NCBI GenBank assembly: GCA_963747695.1
Contig: CAVVFV010000010.1
Coordinates: 197,618 to 261,617 of the forward strand
Reading direction: 5' to 3'
DNA: 64,000 nucleotides
Source: Candidatus Falkowbacteria bacterium
Lineage (GTDB): Bacteria > Patescibacteriota > Patescibacteriia > Patescibacteriales > WJLG01
Shown: positions 8,764-16,309 of the stretch, piece by piece
Numbering within the stretch: position 1 is the first letter of the stretch
Layout of the letters: each line of letters begins with the position of its first letter
The notes under the pieces: generated by a model
The model's input: the letters and a program-made list of their open reading frames with translations, nothing else
The model's database searches: none
Told to the model about the DNA's origin: nothing
Program-made: the position numbers and the translations under genes

Positions 8764-9297
8764 ATGATCAGGGTTACGGGTTTCCGGAACAGTGAATCGG
8801 GAATACATCATTTCCCGACACAAGTCGTCTCACCAGACGATGCCTTGGCAGATCTGGCGAGTAATGAGCTGGGGTTCGGCGGCACCATCAGCGCGATCAC
8901 GCCGCGGCGGGTGACGGTCACGACGCCGATACCGATGCGGTACGGAATGATTGACACGGTCAATTTCAGCGGCGGTCAGCGGGAGATGCGGAACATTATC
9001 CGGTTCTGCAGTTTCTTCCTGCTAGCCGTTGCGGAACACGATGAGCTGGCGATCGCCGGGGCGGTAACAGCGGGTGAACATCTTACCGGCGACAATACCG
9101 GGATTTTTACCTTAGCGGCGCACGTTCTGGTCGGAGGCAGCCGGGTGAATCTGGCACTGCTCTTGAACCGGGGAATTTCTGAAACGGAAATTCTAACTGC
9201 GGGTGCGGCGATCGCGACACCAGATCTGTTGGCGGCCATCCAGTTGGCTGAAGAAATGAACCTTCCCATCATGCAAGCAATCGAGCTTGCCCACTAA
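8764..9297 (+). CDS. hypothetical protein (GC-richer than its neighbours)
   Basis: The ATG at 8764 is preceded by AAAGGAGATAGGT. 177 aa, no recognisable motif. Confidence 0.5.
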   Translation: MIRVTGFRNSESGIHHFPTQVVSPDDALADLASNELGFGGTISAITPRRVTVTTPIPMRYGMIDTVNFSGGQREMRNIIRFCSFFLLAVAEHDELAIAGAVTAGEHLTGDNTGIFTLAAHVLVGGSRVNLALLLNRGISETEILTAGAAIATPDLLAAIQLAEEMNLPIMQAIELAH

Positions 9298-9311
9298 AAA
9301 AGGAGAACCAA

Positions 9312-9584
9312 ATGAAAGCGAAAATTTTGAGAACTCCGCAAGGCGACCGAGTCGGATTTTGGCAGCGGCGACACCATGAAATCATGCGCGCCAAAAAAGG
9401 CAAAGGCGCTTATCGGCGTCAAAAAGAAAAAAGAGCTTACTTCGAAATGAATGTAAGCTCTTCTGTTTTTAAGCGCCATCAGTCCGATCAGGCACCCGGT
9501 AACTTCTTACGAAAAGTGTCAACAAATCTTTTGATTACCGAATTCTCCACCGAATCGGACACAAAGGGCAGCCAGCAAGGATAA
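9312..9584 (+). CDS. putative small Arg/Lys-rich protein; 3' extent doubtful
   Basis: Strong SD AAAAAGGAGAACCAA before the ATG. The ORF reads through a terminator hairpin at 9431-9462 and overlaps the convergent gene. Confidence 0.3.
   Translation: MKAKILRTPQGDRVGFWQRRHHEIMRAKKGKGAYRRQKEKRAYFEMNVSSSVFKRHQSDQAPGNFLRKVSTNLLITEFSTESDTKGSQQG
9431..9470. terminator. shared bidirectional terminator hairpin
   Basis: AAGAGCTTAC-n12-GTAAGCTCTT, flanked by an A-tract upstream and CTGTTTTT downstream. Confidence 0.6.
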
Positions 9585-10591
9585 TAATTATCAAGCACGA
9601 ACCGGTCAATCAAGGGCTTGGGCGAAGGCGGAAGATCAGGGTTGAATTCAACCACGAAAACATCATAGTAATCGCGGACAAAAACACCAATTTTTTTTCT
9701 GACCTTCATTTGGAAAACGATCGCCTTGCCGTCCGGAGTCCAGGTCGGATTGAGGCATTCCCCGGCCACGCCGTTGACTATCAAGACGCTTTTGATGACT
9801 TGCTTCTTGCTATTCAGCAATGCAGCGCCGATGCCGACCGTACCGGCATAGTTTACTTGATAAGCAACCCAATTATTCGTCGGCGAACAGGCCGGCCGCT
9901 GGTAATTGCCGTTGGCTCCGCCCTGCATAATCCAGCGCGGATTTTTTCCGTCGCGGTCCATGATCCAAAGATCGACCACGCCGGCATGGGTGCAATCATA
10001 AACGATCTGCTGATCATCATTCGTATAGCTGGGACTGCCGCAAAAAGTCAAATTATTGGTCAGGAGCCTCGGCTTCGGGTTTGCGCTGTCCAAGTCGGCG
10101 CAGAAAATGTCCCGGTAGCTGCCCGAACCGGTCAGATTAGCTTCAAAAAGTATATGCCGTCCGTCATGCGAACAAGCCGGATTGATATACAGCGAATCCG
10201 CGGTAATGAACATCAGGTCGGACATCGTCTTTAAGTTAAAGCGGTGGGTACGCAAATCGATCTTATTGAGATAATAGATCATTCCTTCGGAAGAAACTGC
10301 AATTCGACTGTCCAGTTTTCCGGCATAGAGAGCGATCGGCAGAATGATTTTTCGGCCAATGCCGCAAGTATCGCCGATCATCACTTCGCGGCGGACGAAA
10401 CCGGCGGGAGGGAAGGTCGTACTGTCGTAATAGATATTATCGGCGGCAAAAACGACATACGGCTGGAACGTCATCTTCGGCTTGAATATTTCCGCCAAGC
10501 GAGGGCGGTACCAATCCCAGCCGAAAATCAAAAAAACTACTAATATCACGCCGCCGACCCAGCCCAAAATTTTCCCGAGCTTCTTCATCAC
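9488..10591 (-). CDS. TolB-like beta-propeller (PD40/WD40-like repeat) protein with N-terminal membrane anchor
   Basis: N-terminal TM helix KILGWVGGVILVVFLIF. Repeated ..SP(S/T)..D(G)..I(V)F/Y.. propeller-like units, for example CSHDGRHILFEA, SPSYTNDDQQIVYD and NPTWTPDGKAIVFQ. Confidence 0.55.
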   Translation of the reverse strand: MMKKLGKILGWVGGVILVVFLIFGWDWYRPRLAEIFKPKMTFQPYVVFAADNIYYDSTTFPPAGFVRREVMIGDTCGIGRKIILPIALYAGKLDSRIAVSSEGMIYYLNKIDLRTHRFNLKTMSDLMFITADSLYINPACSHDGRHILFEANLTGSGSYRDIFCADLDSANPKPRLLTNNLTFCGSPSYTNDDQQIVYDCTHAGVVDLWIMDRDGKNPRWIMQGGANGNYQRPACSPTNNWVAYQVNYAGTVGIGAALLNSKKQVIKSVLIVNGVAGECLNPTWTPDGKAIVFQMKVRKKIGVFVRDYYDVFVVEFNPDLPPSPKPLIDRFVLDNYYPCWLPFVSDSVENSVIKRFVDTFRKKLPGA

Positions 10592-10686
10592 TCCTCCTTG
10601 TTTGGGTTTAAGAAAAAAAGAGCCGTCAATTTTTTACCGAGCTTATAGTAAAACTTATACTACTGGAAAATAATTTAGTCAACGGA

Positions 10687-10714
10687 TAAAAAAACTTGCG
10701 TCAGGCGACGCAAG
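10687..10714 (-). terminator. rho-independent terminator of the tsaD operon
   Basis: CTTGCGTC-aggc-GACGCAAG, with a T-tract on the minus strand. Confidence 0.7.
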
Positions 10715-10719
10715 CTGGT

Positions 10720-10941
10720 TTAACCGGAAACATCAATCTTTCCACCCGCCTGGCCGAAAGGGTCGGGCGGCGGCGCATTCTTTTTTTTCTCAGGCGTTTC
10801 CTGCGTTTTTTCCTTTTCGCCGGCTTTCCGGCGGTCTTTTTCCGGAAGCTCGCGGCGGATTTTTTGCTTCTCCTCGATCGGCTCGGTCTTCTCGTTCTCG
10901 GGAAAAGCGTCAGGAATAACAAAAGGCGGATCAGTTCGCAT
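10720..10941 (-). CDS. small K/E/P-rich, probably disordered protein
   Basis: Excellent SD on the minus strand (AATAGGAGGTAAAATAT before the ATG), 13 nt after the tsaD stop. Confidence 0.45.
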   Translation of the reverse strand: MRTDPPFVIPDAFPENEKTEPIEEKQKIRRELPEKDRRKAGEKEKTQETPEKKKNAPPPDPFGQAGGKIDVSG

Positions 10942-10953
10942 ATATTTTACCTC

Positions 10954-12087
10954 CTATTTAAATTCTAAATTTGAATCAGCTTTTAATTTGTTCCAAGGCG
11001 TGAAAGCTTTTTTCCGGGCCCGGAAATATCCGGCCGCGGCGATCATCGCCGCGTTATCAGTAGTATACTCCAAAGGCGGGATATGACAAGCCAGGCCCAG
11101 TTTGGCCGCCGCATTCTGGAACTCTTCGCGCAAAACCAGATTGGCGGAAACTCCGCCGGCCAACATCATTGTTTTAATTTTGAATTTTTTGGCCGCCTTA
11201 ACCGCTTTGCCGACCAGTGTTTCTACCACGGCTCGTTCAAATTCATGGCAATACTCCGGAACTTTATTTTTCCAATCCTGATCTTTTTGAATTTTATAAA
11301 GCAAGGCGGTCTTCAATCCGGAAAAAGAAAAATCAAAATTCGGATCATTCAACATCGGACGAGGTAGAATTATCCCCCTCCCGGGGAAGGGTGGCCGCGC
11401 CGCGCGGACGGCTTGCCCCGAGCCCTGTCGAGGGGGGTGTGTGACGGCGTAATCAGCATAGACATTTTTAAATTCTGCCGCTAACTTCGCCACAGCCGGT
11501 CCGCCCGGATAGCCAATACCGAGAAGTTTGGCCGCTTTATCAAATGCTTCGCCAGCCGCGTCATCCCTGGTTTCGCCGATCGTCTGGAATTTGCCATGGC
11601 TTTTCATTAATATAAGCATGGTGTGTCCTCCGGAAACAGTCAGAATCAGCGCCGGGAATTTTATTTTTTCGTTGCCGATAAAATTTGCATAAATATGCCC
11701 TTCAATATGATTAACGGCCACCGCCGGAATTTTCCAGGCATAAGCCAAAGTTCGCGCCGTTTCCACGCCGACCAAAAGCGAAGTAATCAATCCTGGGCCG
11801 ACCGTTACCGCCAGCGCATCAATTGCCGGCTTCGTAGGAACGCAATATTTTGCGTTCTTTTTTTGAGCGCAAGATATTGCGCTCCTACCGATCGCCTCGT
11901 TAATCACCGGCAAAATATTCAAAATATGCTCCCGGGCCGCGATTTCCGGGACGACGCCATTATATTTCCGGTGAATTTCGATCTGCGAAGAAACAACATT
12001 CGACAAAACCTTGACGGCATCTCCTTTGCCTTCAATCACGCTGGCAGCGGTCTCATCACAGCTGGTTTCGATGCCCAAAATTATCAT
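10954..12087 (-). CDS. tsaD: tRNA N6-adenosine threonylcarbamoyltransferase TsaD, carrying two in-frame palindromic insertions
   Basis: MIILGIETSCDETAASV, HIEGHIYA, DFSFSGLKTA and LAGGVSAN motifs. At 377 aa it is longer than the roughly 340 aa I expect for TsaD. Confidence 0.9.
   Translation of the reverse strand: MIILGIETSCDETAASVIEGKGDAVKVLSNVVSSQIEIHRKYNGVVPEIAAREHILNILPVINEAIGRSAISCAQKKNAKYCVPTKPAIDALAVTVGPGLITSLLVGVETARTLAYAWKIPAVAVNHIEGHIYANFIGNEKIKFPALILTVSGGHTMLILMKSHGKFQTIGETRDDAAGEAFDKAAKLLGIGYPGGPAVAKLAAEFKNVYADYAVTHPPRQGSGQAVRAARPPFPGRGIILPRPMLNDPNFDFSFSGLKTALLYKIQKDQDWKNKVPEYCHEFERAVVETLVGKAVKAAKKFKIKTMMLAGGVSANLVLREEFQNAAAKLGLACHIPPLEYTTDNAAMIAAAGYFRARKKAFTPWNKLKADSNLEFK
11370..11445. 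repeat. GC-rich mini-element inserted in frame in tsaD
   Basis: The minus strand reads CACACACCCCCCTCGACAGGGCTCGGGGCAAGCC..CCCGGGAGGGGG. It resembles the intergenic elements at 1505-1575, 4396-4440, 17505-17545 and 35893-36035. It encodes VTHPPRQGSGQAVRAARPPFPGRG. Confidence 0.7.
11834..11888. repeat. nested perfect palindrome inserted in frame in tsaD
   Basis: GTAGGA ACGCAATATTTTGCGT TCTTTTTTTGA GCGCAAGATATTGCGC TCCTAC. It encodes about 17 extra residues (AISCAQKKNAKYCVPT) before the conserved IDALAVTVGPGL. Confidence 0.7.
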
Positions 12088-12215
12088 CTTGACTTTTTTA
12101 TAATTATTATCTATATTATTACTAACATAAGTTAAGGAAAAAATCCAGCAATCAGCGGATTTTTATTTTTAAAAATAATTTGTAATTTATAATTTTTAAT
12201 TTATAATTGATATAT

Positions 12216-12287
12216 GGTCCCTTCGTCTATCGGTTAGGACACCAGGTTTTCATCCTGGTAAGAGGGGTTCGACTCCCCTAGGGACTA
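12216..12287 (+). tRNA. tRNA-Glu (anticodon TTC)
   Basis: GGTCCCT TC GTCT ATCGGTTA GGAC A CCAGG TTTTCAT CCTGG TAAG AGGGG TTCGACT CCCCT AGGGACT A. No CCA is encoded. Confidence 0.9.
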
Positions 12288-12503
12288 CGTAAAAGAAAAC
12301 ACTCGACCTCAGTCGAGTGTTTTCTTTTACGTAATTTCGGGAGTCGAACTGGTTGCGAGCGAGCTATGAGCCGCGAGGGAACGAGCGGCGAATAAGCAAG
12401 CGACGCCAGACGCGACCAACGGGAGCGTTTGGCGGCAACCCCGGACAAAGGAGCGAAGCGCAATCCGGCGCCGAGCGACTGCGACGACTCCCCTAGGGAC
12501 TTC
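12285..12503 (+). repeat. R1: hairpin, purine-rich GC-rich element and a 17-nt copy of the tRNA-Glu 3' end
   Basis: Nearly identical to 14250-14470. Ends in CGACTCCCCTAGGGACT (12485-12501), the same 17 nt as 12270-12286 inside tRNA-Glu. Confidence 0.9.
12288..12331 (+). terminator. perfect 20-bp hairpin immediately after tRNA-Glu
   Basis: CGTAAAAGAAAACACTCGAC-ctca-GTCGAGTGTTTTCTTTTACG. It is repeated at 14253-14296. Confidence 0.7.
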
Positions 12504-12562
12504 GGATAAATAAAAAATACTGACTTAACGCCAGTATTTTTTATTTATCCGAATTTTTAAAA

Positions 12563-13225
12563 CTATTTTGCAAATCTAAAAGTTTCCACTATGGCTTTCA
12601 TCATCGCATCCTCATTGAGTATATTAGATCCCATTCCCGCCGTCATTGGATCAAATTCATAAATCAAGTTTCCTTTTTTAACAAAGTAGGAATAAGACCT
12701 CCCGTAAATAGAATCTTGGGAATAAAATGACATAGCCTCATCGCTTGTAGGAATATCAACTTTGTTTAAATTTTCTGCTTTAGCCCCCTGACTAGAATAT
12801 GCTTTTATAATCCAATCTTCAAGTGACAGATTACTTACATTTTCGGATGCCGATATATTTACTGGGATATCAAAATCTCCACTAGACTTGGGGAAAATTT
12901 GCATGGAACCGCCATTTTGCAAAGATTTATCGCTTGATGTAAACGATACTATCCAATCCTTAGGAGCACTTATTTTATAACCATACTGTTTGTTTTCGTA
13001 TGTTTGCCAATCGTTTTTATCGATTTTTACCGCATCGATTTCAACTACGGTTGGGTGCTGTGAAATCGTCGAGGAAGCGATTGCAGACACCGGAGTAGAA
13101 GTGCTTATAGTTTCCTTTTTAACTTCTGGAACAGCTGAATGAGATTGATATTTAACAAAAATGATCAAACCCGCGACGATAATCAAAACAATGCCTACGC
13201 AAATAAAAATAATGTTTTTTTTCAT
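12563..13225 (-). CDS. membrane-anchored extracytoplasmic protein (partner B1 of the CHAP-like lipoprotein)
   Basis: N-terminal TM helix IIFICVGIVLIIVAGLIIFV, a Ser/Thr linker, then the DWQTYENKQYGYKISAPKDW motif. Paralog of 14530-15204. Confidence 0.6.
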   Translation of the reverse strand: MKKNIIFICVGIVLIIVAGLIIFVKYQSHSAVPEVKKETISTSTPVSAIASSTISQHPTVVEIDAVKIDKNDWQTYENKQYGYKISAPKDWIVSFTSSDKSLQNGGSMQIFPKSSGDFDIPVNISASENVSNLSLEDWIIKAYSSQGAKAENLNKVDIPTSDEAMSFYSQDSIYGRSYSYFVKKGNLIYEFDPMTAGMGSNILNEDAMMKAIVETFRFAK

Positions 13226-13314
13226 AGAATGAAACTTTTTATTATGATAAATTTATAAATAATTAAAATAGGGGGCGGTGTTTTCTTGAACACCGCCCGA
13301 TTAATAACCGATCA

Positions 13315-13971
13315 CTATTGGATGTGATAAACATTGTAGCCCAGTTTTTGGTTAGCCGACGTAGGCCTGGTAAATGCGTAAAAGTCGGAATACGACACGA
13401 AGTGGGTAGAGATATAATTTTCTTTTGGCGGATTGTTTGCCGGTGCCGCGACAAAATTACAATCCAGCATGTAAAAACCTTTCACGCCGCCCACTGTTAC
13501 GTTTCCGTTTAGAAAAAAAGAAGTGTGCTGAGTAGGGTGATAGGTACCGTCAGCCCAGCGAACATTCCAATACATTTGGATAATGTCAGCTGGGACGCAA
13601 TATTCGACCATTGTGCTTCTGCCTTGGATCGGCATACATGGGGCATCCTGCCACATGCTCATGTTATTCGGATAATATGCCGGAATCTGGACGGCTTGTC
13701 CGCTTGCCGTCAAAACGACATGAGACACCCAACCCCAACACTGCCCCGTGTTGTGGCCACCAATTTCGGAATTTGCTTTGGCAAGAATCTTACTGTCCCT
13801 AGTCGCTTGCGGCAATGCTTCCCACGTCTTCATTGCCGTTGATTGCGTGCAACCAGAAGAAAGTGCTGCTATGGGTTGTGCGGATTGTTCTTTACTGCTA
13901 TTTACGGGATTATTACTGCATCCCAAAACAACAAACAGAAAAGCAAGTGAAACAAATAGATTGGTTTTCAT
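13315..13971 (-). CDS. lipoprotein with a putative CHAP/NlpC-P60-like papain-fold domain (A1)
   Basis: Lipobox VVLGC. Candidate catalytic Cys in GQCWGWVSHV, His in PTQHTSFFL, and polar third residue in YMLDCNF. Paralog of 15286-15969. Confidence 0.45.
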   Translation of the reverse strand: MKTNLFVSLAFLFVVLGCSNNPVNSSKEQSAQPIAALSSGCTQSTAMKTWEALPQATRDSKILAKANSEIGGHNTGQCWGWVSHVVLTASGQAVQIPAYYPNNMSMWQDAPCMPIQGRSTMVEYCVPADIIQMYWNVRWADGTYHPTQHTSFFLNGNVTVGGVKGFYMLDCNFVAAPANNPPKENYISTHFVSYSDFYAFTRPTSANQKLGYNVYHIQ

Positions 13972-14249
13972 GCCAATCCTCCTTTGGTTTAGAATGGTTT
14001 AGTTTCCTGACAATAGTAATCAATTTTGAAAAGAACGAGCGTAAAAGAACCGGAACTAACTGGTATTCGCTTTCATCTCAATCTCCTTGTTAAGATTATA
14101 CGATTTATTAACTATAATTAATAGGTTAGCAAAAAAAAAATGGCCTTTGTCAAATTTTTCAATAATTTAAGCCTAAAATTTTACTGGCACCAACCTTTTC
14201 CATTTCCGAATATCCTGGATGATGGGGTGTAAATTCTCAATACAGTAGT

Positions 14250-14470
14250 CTACGTAAAAGAAAACACTCGACCTCGGTCGAGTGTTTTCTTTTACGTAAT
14301 TTCGGGAGTCGAACTGGTTGCGAGCGAGCTATGAGCCGCGAGGGAACGAGCGGCGAATAAGCGAGCGACGCCAGACGCAACCAACGGGAGCGTTTGGCGG
14401 CAACCCCGGACAAAGGAGCGAGGCGGTTTCCGCCGCCGAGCGACTGCGACGACTCCCCTAGGGACTACGG
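14250..14470 (+). repeat. R2: second copy of the hairpin, GC-rich element and tRNA-Glu 3'-end core
   Basis: Core CGACTCCCCTAGGGACT at 14450-14466. Differs from R1 at a handful of positions, mostly clustered in one internal hairpin. Confidence 0.9.
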
Positions 14471-14529
14471 ATATAAAAAAGACTGATACTATCAGTCTTT
14501 TTTATTTGAATCGTTCCAATTTGTTCGAA

Positions 14530-15204
14530 CTATTTTGTAAACCTAAAAGTTTCAATTATTGCCTTCATCATTGCATACTGATCAAGTAAATCACTATTCA
14601 AATCCATGGCACCAAAACCGAAAACATCATCGCCCTTTTTAACATAAGCACCATAAATCCCGTGTGACAATCCAACAAATGCTCCGTCGCTCGACGGAAT
14701 GTTTATCTCCATTATTTGCGCGGGGTTATCCTTCGCTTCCTGGCGATATTTTTTAAGCCAAACTTCTGGTGATGAAGTGTCATGAATAATGCCAATTGCT
14801 GTAGGAGCATTAAATTTTTCATCGCTATTTGGCATTATCAATAACTCGGTGCCATTTAAAAGATCGAGTTTCCCCGTAAAATTCCATCCCGCCGGAGCAC
14901 TAATTTCAAAACCATACTTTTCATCCTTGTAAATTTGCCAATTATTTTTATCTATTTTCACAGCGTTTATTTCTGCAAAGGTTGGATATGCTAAATTTGG
15001 AGATGAAGATGCTATCGTCCCCAAATTTGAGCTGCTAGCAACATTGTTCTGCTGGTTAATTAAAGAACTCGAAGAAGCAATTTTATTGACCTGATTTGCC
15101 CTATTCTTTTGATAACTTTTTTTCAATGGATACTCTTTTAAAACAACAACTCCGACTACAAGTAAAATAACTGCCAGCCAAATTAAGATTGTTTTTTTCT
15201 TCAT
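14530..15204 (-). CDS. membrane-anchored extracytoplasmic protein (partner B2)
   Basis: TM anchor ILIWLAVILLVVGVVVL, motif NWQIYKDEKYGFEISAPAGW, and a C-terminus AMMKAIIETFRFTK matching B1. Confidence 0.6.
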   Translation of the reverse strand: MKKKTILIWLAVILLVVGVVVLKEYPLKKSYQKNRANQVNKIASSSSLINQQNNVASSSNLGTIASSSPNLAYPTFAEINAVKIDKNNWQIYKDEKYGFEISAPAGWNFTGKLDLLNGTELLIMPNSDEKFNAPTAIGIIHDTSSPEVWLKKYRQEAKDNPAQIMEINIPSSDGAFVGLSHGIYGAYVKKGDDVFGFGAMDLNSDLLDQYAMMKAIIETFRFTK

Positions 15205-15285
15205 ATAAATATAAAAATTATTTAAATTTAAAAATTGGAATGGTGTATTCTGCTAAACACCATTCCAGCTAACTAATTGCTATTG

Positions 15286-15969
15286 TCACTGAATCTGATA
15301 TACCGAAAAACCCAAAAGTGGATTATTCACGGTGGCGGTGGTAAATAATTTGAAATCCGCGTAGGTCACTTTATGAACACTAACCGTGTACTTCGGGCTA
15401 AAATTACAATCAATCCACATCATGCAATTTTTAGTGTCGTCCGTATAGCCACTTGTATTACTTACAACAATTGCAGTGTGTGGGCCTTGGGGACCCAAAG
15501 ATCCGTTGGCTAACCTTGGTGTCCACCAAAGCTGAAATATTTGGCCAGGCGCAACCCAAGGAAGTGATGAAGCATTGCTATAAAGCTTTACGACTTGGCT
15601 GTTAAAGCAATCTGCACTTAACCATGAATAATAGTTGGGGGTGCCGCCATGATCACAAGTATTGGCACCGATCGTGATGCCGCTAACCGGCAAAACAACA
15701 TACGATTGCACCCAAGGCTTACACTCAACGGGCGGAATGTAGTTACTATAGTTGTTACCATTCATTGCTTGCGCAAAGGCCAAAAGCTTCGCATTTTTTT
15801 GCGGTTGCGACAGTAAATTCCAGGCCTGCAAGGTAGGCGTTATCGTACAAGTGGTGGCTACTGCTGCAAGTGGTTGAACCAACTGTTCTTTACTGCTATT
15901 CACGGGATTATTACTGCATCCCAAAATTGCAGCTGACAAGACAAGAGCAAAACAAAGATATTTTTTCAT
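15286..15969 (-). CDS. lipoprotein with a putative CHAP/NlpC-P60-like domain (A2)
   Basis: Lipobox AILGC followed by the same SNNPVNSSKEQ as A1. Candidate Cys in VECKPWVQSYV, His in GPHTAIVV, then MWIDCNF. Confidence 0.45.
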   Translation of the reverse strand: MKKYLCFALVLSAAILGCSNNPVNSSKEQLVQPLAAVATTCTITPTLQAWNLLSQPQKNAKLLAFAQAMNGNNYSNYIPPVECKPWVQSYVVLPVSGITIGANTCDHGGTPNYYSWLSADCFNSQVVKLYSNASSLPWVAPGQIFQLWWTPRLANGSLGPQGPHTAIVVSNTSGYTDDTKNCMMWIDCNFSPKYTVSVHKVTYADFKLFTTATVNNPLLGFSVYQIQ

Positions 15970-16309
15970 ATCCAGCCCTTTGGTTGCTGAGTTGATGGTT
16001 TAATGATCTGACAATAGTAATCAATTTTTAAAAGAACAAATACTGAAAGAACATTAGCTTGAATCCATTTTTTCGCCTCCCTGTTAGAATTATACGGTTT
16101 ATTAATGACTATTAACAGAGTAGCAAAAAAAAAATGACATTCGTCAAATTTTTCAATAATTTAAGCCTAAAATTTCACTTATATAAATATCATCCATTTC
16201 TTAATATCCGCGATAATAGGATGTAAATTCTCAATACAGTAGTCTACTGAAAATAAAATACCGCCACGCAAATTCGCGGGCGGTATAAATTATTCTGCTA
16301 AAAAAGAGC

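Noticed and set aside
12278-12463. 61-aa minus-strand ORF in the GC-rich element after tRNA-Glu
   Set aside because: It is the antisense of a purine-rich repeat, with no SD. The element is better explained as a structured or recombination-related repeat.
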